Positions 8,118-16,687 of a DNA stretch of 32,000 bases are shown here, piece by piece. Each line of letters begins with the position of its first letter. Within the stretch, counting starts at the first letter, position 1. Source of the stretch: Alphaproteobacteria bacterium (lineage in GTDB: Bacteria > Pseudomonadota > Alphaproteobacteria > Rs-D84); the NCBI GenBank assembly GCA_017475605.1, contig JAFVFD010000005.1, positions 180,001 through 212,000 on the forward strand, written 5' to 3'. The notes under the pieces are model-generated. The model was given only the letters and a program-made list of their open reading frames with translations. It was not told the DNA's origin and searched no databases. The position numbers and the translations under genes were made by a program.

Positions 8118-8972
8118 TTATTTTGCATTTACTGTCTTGGTTGCCAGTAAATAGTCATATTTGATTGTTTCACAATCTTCTGGTTTTGTCGCGCCACTTT
8201 CCTCCCACACTGAACTTTCGCATTCACGCTTTACATTCTCTAAATGGCGCATCACTTCGTTATATTGTGACGGGTTGTCCTTTTTCAAAACAAGCAATTG
8301 GGAACGCAACAGTTCATCACCAGACAATGCTTTCTGTCCTTCGACCTTGCCACCAATCAACTTATTTCCAAACAATTCCATGGAACCGACACCCAATGCC
8401 GCGCCACCAACTGCACCACCGACGGTTGCCCATGTACGCGCATTCTTCTTGGCATCCAAAATGCGTTTTTCCAGTTTGTTCGCATCAACCCATGAACCGC
8501 ATGTGATATTACGGCCCATTTCAAAATATTGACCACGAACATCAGCCAAATCAATCTTGGCATCAGACGATTTCAGATTTACCAATACAAAGCATGTATT
8601 ATTTTCTGGGTTTTCTGTATCCTCTACCATGGTGGAATAATCGTTAATATTGCTGTACCGCGATGCCCAAACAAAAGTATTGCCGACACCAATATTATTT
8701 TGCAAACATGCCGCACGTTCCTTTTCGCGCTTATCTTTTTCTGGTTGCGCCGGGGTTGTATCTTTTTCTGGTTCGACACGAACACTTGATTTATCGTTAA
8801 GGTTTTCCGTCGTTATTGCATTGGTGGTATTCACGACCATAGAAGCCATTTTTGCGGGGCTTGTTCTGTTCGCACTGCCAACAGGGCTTTTAACCATTCC
8901 AACACGACCAGTTGCCGCAAAGGCCGGCACTGTCATCATACACAAAACCATAAAAGATATTAAGTGTTTCAT
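8118..8972 (-). CDS. Secreted or membrane protein with Gly-zipper segment, 284 aa, unknown family
   Basis: Signal peptide MKHLISFMVLCMMTVPAFA. Charged linker PEKDTTPAQPEKDKREKER. Glycine-zipper-like segment WATVGGAVGGAALGVGSMELFG, followed by an approximately 75-aa charged tail. Confidence 0.8.
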   Translation of the reverse strand: MKHLISFMVLCMMTVPAFAATGRVGMVKSPVGSANRTSPAKMASMVVNTTNAITTENLNDKSSVRVEPEKDTTPAQPEKDKREKERAACLQNNIGVGNTFVWASRYSNINDYSTMVEDTENPENNTCFVLVNLKSSDAKIDLADVRGQYFEMGRNITCGSWVDANKLEKRILDAKKNARTWATVGGAVGGAALGVGSMELFGNKLIGGKVEGQKALSGDELLRSQLLVLKKDNPSQYNEVMRHLENVKRECESSVWEESGATKPEDCETIKYDYLLATKTVNAK

Positions 8973-9037
8973 TCCCTCGTCTCCATATAACGTTGGGTTT
9001 ATTATATCACAAAAAAGGGTTAAAATAAAGTATAAAT

Positions 9038-9062
9038 AAAAAAACCGCGCAATAATGCGCGG
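9038..9062 (-). terminator. Intrinsic terminator after plsY
   Basis: CCGCGCA-TTAT-TGCGCGG followed by TTTTTTTATTT on the minus strand. Confidence 0.7.
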
Positions 9063-9066
9063 ATAT

Positions 9067-9654
9067 TTATTTCTTCCATTTCCATTCTATTTTTGATTCT
9101 TGGCCCTGAATCAGACGCACAATATTTGCGTGATGCCGGACCAGGCACAATATCGCGGTCGCCAAAAATGCGAACCCAACGTTTACATCTATTACAAACC
9201 CGAAAACAGGTGCCAAACAGAATACCACCAATGCCCCCAGGGACGAATATCCACTTGTTAATGCCACAATCAACCATTCAATTCCGATAAAAACGAAAGT
9301 CAATGGTGATATCGATAATATAAGCCCGAACAATCCAGACACCCCCTTGCCACCACGAAAACGCAGCCAAATCGGGAAACAATGTCCACAAATTGCGACA
9401 AAACCGCACCATGCCCCCAGTGCCAGTCCCCCAAACGCACGCCCCAGGAACACCGCCGCAATAACCTTGGCCATGTCCAGTGCCCAGGCCAGTGCCGCCA
9501 AACGTAAACCACCAACCCGCATAACGTTTGTTGCCCCAATGTTACCAGATCCGACCTTGCGTAAATCACCCTTGCCTGCCAATTTAGTCAGGACCAACCC
9601 CATTGGTACAGATCCAAATAAATAAGAAATTATTAAAACTATTGCGTACATCAT
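9067..9654 (-). CDS. plsY: Glycerol-3-phosphate acyltransferase PlsY, 195 aa
   Basis: Polytopic membrane protein carrying the PlsY motifs FGSVPMGLVL and LRKVGSGNIGATNVMRVGG. Confidence 0.93.
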   Translation of the reverse strand: MMYAIVLIISYLFGSVPMGLVLTKLAGKGDLRKVGSGNIGATNVMRVGGLRLAALAWALDMAKVIAAVFLGRAFGGLALGAWCGFVAICGHCFPIWLRFRGGKGVSGLFGLILSISPLTFVFIGIEWLIVALTSGYSSLGALVVFCLAPVFGFVIDVNVGFAFLATAILCLVRHHANIVRLIQGQESKIEWKWKK

Positions 9655-9665
9655 TTTATTTTTCC

Positions 9666-9693
9666 TTGATTTTATGTTTCTTTTCTATAAAAT
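9666..9693 (+). promoter_or_regulatory. Putative sigma70 promoter for rpsT
   Basis: TTGATT-N16-TAAAAT about 35 nt upstream of the GTG start. SD AAGGA at 9717-9721. Confidence 0.4.
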
Positions 9694-9727
9694 AACAGAA
9701 CTGTGACGAAAATAAAAGGAAAATAAA

Positions 9728-9988
9728 GTGGCAAATCACAAGTCATCTAAAAAAAGAATTTTGGTAACAGAAAAGAAAAACGCAGTTAATACGGCACGTC
9801 GCAGTGCGGTTAAAACAGCGGTTAAAAAATCTGTCAAGGCAATTGAATCTGGCGACAAAGCCGCAGCAGTAAGCGCGACACGTGCCGCAGAAAGCAAACT
9901 GATGAAATCTGCTGGCAAGGTTATGCCAAAAAAACGTGCAGCACGCAAGATTTCTCGTTTGACCAAGAAAGTTGCCAAAATGGCTTAA
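9728..9988 (+). CDS. rpsT: 30S ribosomal protein S20, 86 aa (GTG start)
   Basis: MANHKSSKKRILVTEKKNAVNTARRSAVKTAVKK is the typical S20 N-terminus. The protein is small and highly basic. Confidence 0.95.
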   Translation: MANHKSSKKRILVTEKKNAVNTARRSAVKTAVKKSVKAIESGDKAAAVSATRAAESKLMKSAGKVMPKKRAARKISRLTKKVAKMA

Positions 9989-10013
9989 TTTTCTTTGACC
10001 AATTCTTGGAATT

Positions 10014-10040
10014 AAAAATGTCCCAATCGGGACATTTTTT
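10014..10040. terminator. Bidirectional intrinsic terminator (rpsT and the tail-fibre-like gene)
   Basis: AAAAA-TGTCCC-AATC-GGGACA-TTTTTT. Confidence 0.75.
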
Positions 10041-10067
10041 ATTTATTACATTTAAAACTTCTTTTCA

Positions 10068-11081
10068 TTAATTAAACCAGATGAATACCTGGCCGGTTGG
10101 TGGTGTACCTGACGGCTGGGTCGTAGAAACGGTATTAAACCTTACATCATCACCCGCTGAAACCGTTGTTGATGTTGTACCCACCGGCAATCGCGCAACA
10201 TCCATCGTGCCCGATGTAATATTAGCTGCGTTCGTTGTATCAACATTCTGAACATTCCCAAGGCCCACATCTGATTTAGTTACGGTAACATCACTTGATA
10301 ACGCATGTCCGTTAACGGTTCTTGTGGTTGGCACCGCATCAACATCTGCGGCTGTTGTCGGCACAGTAATATTGATTGATTTATTTGCGGCTGCATTAGT
10401 TGTGAACGTATCAACCGTCGTTCCATTTTTCTGTATTGTTATCGTGGAATCATTAACCGTCGGAATTGTTGGTTTATTCAAGATTTGTGCGACACCACTG
10501 GTTGCATTCCAATCACTATTTACCTGTGCCGCTGGTATCGTCGGTTTATCGGACAGATCATTATACGAACCACTGGTGGCAACCGCCGCTAAATCATCAG
10601 GTTGCACTGCACTGGCTGCCAACGTACCCTGGGCTGCTGTTGCAAAATCAGTTGCACTTGCCGATGCCGCCGTCCCCAATGTTGGTTTATTCAAGATTTG
10701 CGCGACACCACTGGTTGCATTCCAATCACTATTTACCTGTGCCGCTGGTATCGTCGGTTTATCGGACAAATCATTATATGAACCACTGGTGGCGACCGCC
10801 GCTAAATCATCAGGTTGCACTGCACTGGCTGCCAATGCCCCCTGGGCTGCTGTTGCGAAATCAGTTGCACTTGCCGATGCCGCCGTCCCCAATGTTGGTT
10901 TATTTTTAATAAAATCGGCCGCCGTTGAATCTGTCTGCGCCCAATTTGCCTGGACAGCATCCGGCAAATCAAGTGATCGGATAATAGATTGAACATATTG
11001 AACACTGGCAATATCAGCACGCACTGAGCCAACCAGCATACAAACAAAACCTGCAAAGATAATCCGAGCCGCCATTCTCAT
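10068..11081 (-). CDS. Signal-peptide-bearing phage-tail-fibre-like repeat protein, 337 aa
   Basis: Signal peptide MRMAARIIFAGFVCMLVGSVRA. Motifs recurrent in phage tail-fibre proteins (from memory): DWNATSGVAQILNKPT, SGSYNDLSDKPTIP, VNGHALSSDVTVTKSDVGLGNVQNVD. Contains a 71-aa unit duplicated in tandem. Confidence 0.85.
   Translation of the reverse strand: MRMAARIIFAGFVCMLVGSVRADIASVQYVQSIIRSLDLPDAVQANWAQTDSTAADFIKNKPTLGTAASASATDFATAAQGALAASAVQPDDLAAVATSGSYNDLSDKPTIPAAQVNSDWNATSGVAQILNKPTLGTAASASATDFATAAQGTLAASAVQPDDLAAVATSGSYNDLSDKPTIPAAQVNSDWNATSGVAQILNKPTIPTVNDSTITIQKNGTTVDTFTTNAAANKSINITVPTTAADVDAVPTTRTVNGHALSSDVTVTKSDVGLGNVQNVDTTNAANITSGTMDVARLPVGTTSTTVSAGDDVRFNTVSTTQPSGTPPTGQVFIWFN
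10468..10905. repeat. 213-bp tandem direct repeat, about 2.05 copies, in frame within the CDS
   Basis: Copy 10468-10680 versus copy 10681-10893 shows 8 differences in 213 nt by manual alignment. A third copy starts at 10894 and diverges after about 11 nt. Confidence 0.95.
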
Positions 11082-11292
11082 ATATCTTTAATCCAACTTC
11101 CCCCTTAGGAAAACACCCTTATAAACAAGTAAACGCACCACAAAACCACACAGCCATCAAAACCCAAAAAAAGCGCGATTTTCTGCGGTTTTCCCATCGT
11201 TTTCAAGGTATATTTTCCAGGTCCAGATGTCCTCTCCTATGTCTACTGTTAAAAGTGTAGTAAAAAACAGCAAGTCAAGTAAAGCGAAAAAT

Positions 11293-11325
11293 AAAAAAAA
11301 TCTGCCCTTTTGGCAGATTTTTTTT
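11293..11325. terminator. Intrinsic (bidirectional-looking) terminator after the secretin gene
   Basis: A8-ATCTGCC-CTTTT-GGCAGAT-T8, placed 13 nt downstream of the secretin stop. Confidence 0.75.
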
Positions 11326-11337
11326 AACACTGTTAAC

Positions 11338-12966
11338 TTAATTCAGCGGTGCACCCCAATGTTGCTGAATTGAACGTTCGGCATCCATCGGGCTGACCAA
11401 CACCTGTGGTGTCAAAATAACAACCAACACATCACGTTGTGCCGATGATTCACGCGAACCCGACAATGCCAAAAAGTCAGGATCCCCCAAACCATAACGG
11501 GTGTCGCTGTTATTCTGTTTTTCAAAGCCAGAAACCACCAACATTTGTCCAGATTCCATAATCACTTCCTGCATGAACGAACGTTCTTCAACCTCGGGCA
11601 ACTGCAATGTAACCTCGCCAATTGTTTGGGTTGACATTTTTAACAATTCACGCACAGACATTCTGAACAGCAGCAAGATTTTTCCATTTTCCAAAACATT
11701 CGGCAACAACTGCATTGAAAAACCTGTTTCCAAATCGTCCTGGTCAACAGTTGACGATTCAACCGTTGTGAAATTACGTGATTCAAAACGTTTGATATAG
11801 CCGGTTGTACGGGTGTTATTTACTGGTGCAACACGATTATTACGTGTCGTTACACCAACATTTGTAACCAGCGATACCTTACCCTGCTTTGCCAAAGATT
11901 GAATCAATGCGTTTGTTCCAGCCAAACCAGCCAAAGAACCATTCTTTATATCGTTCTGGTTATAGGCCCCGGCGACTTCTGAACCATTAACTGTATGTGT
12001 TGCCCCGGTAAGCGCTGAAACATCATTTGACAAAACAGCAATATTCATCGCACTGGCTTCGGTTGTGGCCAAATTATTCTTTGGATTTGCAACCAAGTTC
12101 AACCCAGACGTAGAATTAATTGCCGCCGCCAAGTTCAACCCAAATGCAGAATCATTAGATATAGATACCTGTAATACCTTTACATCGATTGTAACCAATT
12201 GCGACAAACGTTTATTCTGACGTTCAATATATTCACCAACACGCGCCAAAACGGACGGTGGTGCGGTAACGGTAATTGTTCCCAAACTGCGCGACACCGT
12301 AAAGTCGGCATTTGCGCTTTTACCTATAATAGACGATATTGCACCTTCGACTTCATCCCATTCTTTTAATGTAGATTCCAACGCGACCTGGTTACCGTCA
12401 TCTGTATTTACCGCAGTTTGATATGAAACCTCGGTCCCTAATGCATACAATGTAAATGTACGAGTTTCTGTTTCATAGAAGACAATAGATGTTTTATCAA
12501 AATACCATAACAAATCTAAATCTGTCGCAACCTGGGATAACAAACCCGACAATTTACCGGTATACGCGATATTCATTGTCTTTTTAAGTTTTTCGCCGTT
12601 AACCTGGCTGTCAATTTTAACCGGCAAGCCTGTGATAGAGTTTATATCATTTGCCAAAACCTGTAATGTAACAGGTTCATTTAATAATATAGTAATACCT
12701 GAATCTGTTTCAAATTGCGCCGGTAATTTGTTTTTATGTTCCAGAACCGTTGATTTATTACCCAGCCAAATACCTTCGGACATAGAAACGGTATCACCGC
12801 TGGCCACCTTGGCACGCGGATTTTTTGACATTTCAAACGCATCGTACGCATTAACAAAGTCCTGATCGACCGATGCGGCAACCTTGGCTGATTCCCGTCT
12901 TGTACAGCCGCCCAGCACCCCAATAGCCAACGCGAACACAACGAAATATCTTGTAAGTTTTTTCAT
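11338..12966 (-). CDS. Outer-membrane lipoprotein secretin, type IVb pilus PilN/BfpB/TcpC-like, 542 aa
   Basis: Lipobox LGGC (MKKLTRYFVVFALAIGVLGGCT). Secretin domain onset VTIDVKVLQVSISNDSAFGLNL. C-terminal secretin signature GQMLVVSGFEKQNNSDTRYGLGDPDFLALSGSRESSAQRDVLVVILTPQVL. SD TAGGAG, 26 nt after the upstream gene. Confidence 0.7.
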   Translation of the reverse strand: MKKLTRYFVVFALAIGVLGGCTRRESAKVAASVDQDFVNAYDAFEMSKNPRAKVASGDTVSMSEGIWLGNKSTVLEHKNKLPAQFETDSGITILLNEPVTLQVLANDINSITGLPVKIDSQVNGEKLKKTMNIAYTGKLSGLLSQVATDLDLLWYFDKTSIVFYETETRTFTLYALGTEVSYQTAVNTDDGNQVALESTLKEWDEVEGAISSIIGKSANADFTVSRSLGTITVTAPPSVLARVGEYIERQNKRLSQLVTIDVKVLQVSISNDSAFGLNLAAAINSTSGLNLVANPKNNLATTEASAMNIAVLSNDVSALTGATHTVNGSEVAGAYNQNDIKNGSLAGLAGTNALIQSLAKQGKVSLVTNVGVTTRNNRVAPVNNTRTTGYIKRFESRNFTTVESSTVDQDDLETGFSMQLLPNVLENGKILLLFRMSVRELLKMSTQTIGEVTLQLPEVEERSFMQEVIMESGQMLVVSGFEKQNNSDTRYGLGDPDFLALSGSRESSAQRDVLVVILTPQVLVSPMDAERSIQQHWGAPLN

Positions 12967-12992
12967 ATATTTTCTCCTACGGCCCTGATATT

Positions 12993-13937
12993 TTATTCTT
13001 CTGTGGTCGAAACTACTAATACACGATTTCCTTTATAGAACTTCGCATACGGAATTGGTGTAGCACGTTCAAAATTACGCACCAACGCAGATGCCACATC
13101 AACAAAGCGTCCCTTGAATACAGCACTTGCCTCGATTGGATATTCACGTGTTGTCGTCCATACCAAATCCCAGCCTTCTTTGTCGCACCAGGATTGTAAA
13201 ACTTCGCGTAATGTTTGACCACTTGCCACAACCCATGAACGCACCTGGTCCACCATTACCGCCGGCGCTTCGGCATCTGCGGAAACATTAACACCAATTT
13301 CAGATTCCAAACCACTTAATGCAGCATTCACATCATCCTGTTGTTCGGCGGTATATGCCGCAATTTCTTCCTTGCTTAAACCAATCTTTGCCAAATACGC
13401 GGTATAACCATCGGCATATTTTACACAGTTTTTACGTCCTGAACGCGACAATGTCAAAACATCACCACCATCGTCTTCCAATACTTCGCGATGCAACAAC
13501 GGCATTTCAGAACCATTTTCGCATTCGTCATCAAAGCCAACCGGAATTTGATTTCCATGTAACATGTTCGCGCCACCAGACCAGCCATTAAAGTCGCCAC
13601 GAACACCACCCATATTGAAATTATTTTCAACGACCAAATCTGCACCAATTTTTGACACGATACGGATATTGTCTGATTGTTTGTTTTTGCTGCACATGCC
13701 GTCATCACAACCAACTTCTACGTCGGCATCAGTACCCGCGATTGGCCATGCCGGCACTTCTACCTGGGCATATTCCTGGGTATCGACAGCCTCGACATAC
13801 TGGTTTTCATCAACGGTTTTATCTTCGGTATAAAAAACCTCTGATGTAACCACCTGGGGCATGACAGTTTCAGTAGCGGCAAAGCAGTAACCCGCCGCAC
13901 AACAGAACATTGCTGCTATTAAAATCTTGCGGAACAT
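12993..13937 (-). CDS. Secreted protein with C-terminal TcpQ/PilL-type domain, 314 aa
   Basis: Signal peptide MFRKILIAAMFCCAAGYCFA. The C-terminal roughly 85 aa (WVVASGQTLREVLQSWCDKEGWDLVWTTTREYPIEASAVFKGRFVDVASALVRNF...AKFYKGNRVLVVS) fit the TcpQ-domain pattern W-v-G-tL-L-W-GW-l-W...f-G-f-A...Y-N-vl-V. The N-terminal about 220 aa are unrecognised. Confidence 0.6.
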   Translation of the reverse strand: MFRKILIAAMFCCAAGYCFAATETVMPQVVTSEVFYTEDKTVDENQYVEAVDTQEYAQVEVPAWPIAGTDADVEVGCDDGMCSKNKQSDNIRIVSKIGADLVVENNFNMGGVRGDFNGWSGGANMLHGNQIPVGFDDECENGSEMPLLHREVLEDDGGDVLTLSRSGRKNCVKYADGYTAYLAKIGLSKEEIAAYTAEQQDDVNAALSGLESEIGVNVSADAEAPAVMVDQVRSWVVASGQTLREVLQSWCDKEGWDLVWTTTREYPIEASAVFKGRFVDVASALVRNFERATPIPYAKFYKGNRVLVVSTTEE

Positions 13938-13973
13938 ATTGAACTTCCTTTCTTTTCCTTACTTAATGTATTT

Positions 13974-14002
13974 ATTATATCAATTTGACCGAATCTGTGC
14001 AA
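13974..14002 (-). promoter_or_regulatory. Putative sigma70 promoter for the TcpQ-like/secretin bicistron
   Basis: The minus strand reads TTGCAC-N17-TATAAT, followed by an approximately 30-nt leader with SD AAAGGAAG. Confidence 0.5.
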
Positions 14003-14118
14003 GACCTAAAACGCATTAAAAACACACTATTTTTATTTTCCCAGATATTAAATCGTACGAATCGGAAAAAGTATGTTATACTGGGGCATGTGATATGATA
14101 ATTTGGGGGTAACGACAT

Positions 14119-14667
14119 ATGGAAAACACATTGATTTTGGTTGGTATTTTGTTGGTTTTGGTCCTTGGCATCACCGTTACGGTGGCGATATTTCGTATGG
14201 GCGCACGAATTCAAAATATAAACAAGACATTGGAATATCAATATAACCTTATTGTAAAAATGCAATCTGTGTTAAAAACAAAATCTGCGACAAATGCCGT
14301 TGCTGAAAATGCCGAAATGATTTATCAAGATTTATTACAAAGCCTTATTCCAATCATGGCGGCGATAAGTGTTATGCCGCGCAATACATCTGAACACCCA
14401 TTGTGGCGTGCATTGGGCGGAATTATGGACGAATACGCAAAAAATCCATTCGCATTGGAAAAATTGCGTCGCGCCATCAAACTTGATGCCGAGGTTGCGC
14501 GTAACGTCGATAATTATATTTCCCGCGCTGACCGCTTGTTACGTCATCTTAATGCGACCGAACCAGATGGCATTTTGGCGGCAACATTTACGAACGGCTT
14601 GCTGGGGCAATCATTGACTTTCTTTACCCAGGCCCAAACCCTGGCAACCCAGGAATCAAATGAGTAA
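14119..14667 (+). CDS. Single-pass membrane protein, 182 aa, unknown function, translationally coupled to sufB
   Basis: N-terminal TM helix LILVGILLVLVLGITVTVAIF followed by a helical soluble part. Its stop overlaps the sufB start (ATGAGTAA, 8-nt overlap). SD GGGGGT. An extended -10 element TGTTATACT lies at 14074-14082. Confidence 0.8.
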   Translation: MENTLILVGILLVLVLGITVTVAIFRMGARIQNINKTLEYQYNLIVKMQSVLKTKSATNAVAENAEMIYQDLLQSLIPIMAAISVMPRNTSEHPLWRALGGIMDEYAKNPFALEKLRRAIKLDAEVARNVDNYISRADRLLRHLNATEPDGILAATFTNGLLGQSLTFFTQAQTLATQESNE

Positions 14668-15985
14668 ATTATCGGCAAATCTTGTTCGCGAAATATCATC
14701 ACGCCGGGGCGAACCGAAATGGTTGTGTGATTGGCGAATTGATGCGTTTAAAAAATGGCAAAAAATGGTCGAGCCCCATTGGGCCGAATTTGATTACCCG
14801 CCGATTGACTACGATACATTAAATTACTATAACGAATCAAAACCCATTGATAATTCCGCATTAAAAGAAACCTATGAAAAAATGGGATTACCGGAATCGG
14901 AACAGCGCGCATTATTGGGTATGGCAACCGACACCGTTGTTGACAGTAAATCTGTTCATACATCGTATTCTGCAGAATTAGAAAAACTTGGAATCATATT
15001 TTTACCATTTTCAGATGCGGTTAAAAAATATCCCGATTTGGTGAAAAAATATTTGGGTTCTGTTGTACCGGCGGGCGACAATTTTTTTGCCGCACTAAAT
15101 GCGTCTGTTTTTTCAGACGGCACATTTGTTTATGTTCCACCACATACAAAATGCCCAATTGATGTAGCCAGTTATTTTAGAATTGAAACCGCGAAAATCG
15201 GACAATTCGAACGCACCCTTATAATCGCCGATACCGGTTCCGAATTATCGTATATGGAGGGTTGCAGTGCACCCCGTCGCCCTAACCATCAATTACACAG
15301 CGGCGTTGTTGAAATAATTGTATGTAACGATGCAACGGTTAAATATTCAACCGTACAAAATTGGTATGCGGGGGAATATAAAAACGGGAAACAAACCGGT
15401 GGCATTTTAAACTTTGTTACAAAACGCGGACGTTGTGAAGAAAACGCAACACTTAATTGGACCCAGGTCGAAATCGGATCGGCATTAACATGGAAATACC
15501 CATCAACAATTTTGGCCGGAAACAATGCACATAGCGACTTTTATTCACTTGCCATAACACGCGACGGACAATGTGCGGATACCGGCACAAAAATGATTCA
15601 TATCGGCGATAACACTGTATCAAATATTTTATCATATGGTGTTGCAATTGATAATTCAAATCAGACATTCCGCAGTCTTGTTTCTTTTTCTGGACATGGT
15701 GGTAAAAACGCATCAAAATGCGACACACGTATAATCGGAAATAACGCGGTGGCTAATACATTACCAACAATTGTACACACCAATGGCGACAATCTACAAA
15801 GCCACGAAGCCACCACCGGCACAATCGATGCCACGCAATTACAATTCTTGGCAACTGCTGGTATTGATACCGACACCGCAACCGCACTTATTATTGGTGC
15901 AGCGGCGGCACCAATTATTTCGCGATTACCGATGGAGTTTCTGGTTGAATCTAAACAGTTGATTCAGATGGCCTTGGCGCATTAA
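14660..15985 (+). CDS. sufB: Fe-S cluster assembly scaffold SufB, 441 aa
   Basis: FERTLIIADTGSELSYMEGCSAPRRPNHQLHSGVVEI, KYSTVQNWY, NFVTKRGRC, WTQVEIGSALTWKYPS, DTGTKMIHIG, HEATTGTID and PMEFLVE all match conserved SufB blocks. Confidence 0.93.
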   Translation: MSKLSANLVREISSRRGEPKWLCDWRIDAFKKWQKMVEPHWAEFDYPPIDYDTLNYYNESKPIDNSALKETYEKMGLPESEQRALLGMATDTVVDSKSVHTSYSAELEKLGIIFLPFSDAVKKYPDLVKKYLGSVVPAGDNFFAALNASVFSDGTFVYVPPHTKCPIDVASYFRIETAKIGQFERTLIIADTGSELSYMEGCSAPRRPNHQLHSGVVEIIVCNDATVKYSTVQNWYAGEYKNGKQTGGILNFVTKRGRCEENATLNWTQVEIGSALTWKYPSTILAGNNAHSDFYSLAITRDGQCADTGTKMIHIGDNTVSNILSYGVAIDNSNQTFRSLVSFSGHGGKNASKCDTRIIGNNAVANTLPTIVHTNGDNLQSHEATTGTIDATQLQFLATAGIDTDTATALIIGAAAAPIISRLPMEFLVESKQLIQMALAH

Positions 15986-16007
15986 AATAAAAACAAATGG
16001 AAACAAA

Positions 16008-16685
16008 ATGCTGGAAATAAAAAATCTTAGTGTATCAATGGACGGTCGTGAATTATTGCATAATATAGATATGCATGTTGCGTGTGGTGCGCGACATTTA
16101 TTGTCGGGCTCAAATGGGTCTGGCAAATCAACATTGGTACACGCAATATCTGGAAACCCAGCGTATACAATTGATAGTGGACAAATTATTTTTGATGGTC
16201 GCGATGTAACGACCGACAACACAACAACACGTGCCCTGCTTGGAATATTTGTCGGCGCACAAAATGTTCCTGAAATACCTGGGTTAACCGTATTAAGTTT
16301 CTTGAAACACAGTTGCGCTGCGCACACACATTTTGATACGGGCCGCGATTTGTCTATGGGTGAATTTTTGAACGAATTGGAAATGGCACGCGAAAAATTA
16401 AATATTCCAAAAGATTGGCTAAATCGTGGCATCAATGTCGGCTTTTCTGGTGGGGAACGCAAACGATTGATGCTGTTACAATTGGTTATGACACGCCCGA
16501 AATTAGCTATTTTGGACGAACCAGATTCCGGTGCGGATGCCGACACACAAAAACAAATTGCCGACACAATAGCGGAAATGACGGACACAACGTTTTTATT
16601 TATTTCGCACCAGGCGCAATTTACAAAACTGGTAAAACCGTCCGCGGAAACAAAAATTAAAAACGGAAAAATCATAGGGGGATAG
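16008..16685 (+). CDS. sufC: Fe-S cluster assembly ATPase SufC, 225 aa
   Basis: Walker A GSNGSGKST. ABC signature FSGGERKR. Walker B LAILDEPDSG. H-loop ISHQ. It directly follows sufB. Confidence 0.9.
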   Translation: MLEIKNLSVSMDGRELLHNIDMHVACGARHLLSGSNGSGKSTLVHAISGNPAYTIDSGQIIFDGRDVTTDNTTTRALLGIFVGAQNVPEIPGLTVLSFLKHSCAAHTHFDTGRDLSMGEFLNELEMAREKLNIPKDWLNRGINVGFSGGERKRLMLLQLVMTRPKLAILDEPDSGADADTQKQIADTIAEMTDTTFLFISHQAQFTKLVKPSAETKIKNGKIIGG

Positions 16686-16687
16686 AA

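Noticed and set aside
10324-10992. Repeat-containing region considered as a CRISPR-like or non-coding array. It also contains a 222-aa plus-strand ORF.
   Set aside because: The repeat unit is 213 bp, with no spacers. It is in frame with the minus-strand CDS, and its differences are almost all synonymous in that frame. The plus-strand ORFs are shadow ORFs created by the repeat.
11105-11197. 30-aa hydrophobic upstream ORF (MGKPQKIALFLGFDGCVVLWCVYLFIRVFS) in the 256-bp leader of the tail-fibre-like gene. There is also a 52-aa plus-strand ORF starting at 11227.
   Set aside because: There is no SD before either ATG. The plus-strand ORF reads straight through the terminator hairpin into the secretin gene antisense. 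There is no evidence beyond an open frame.
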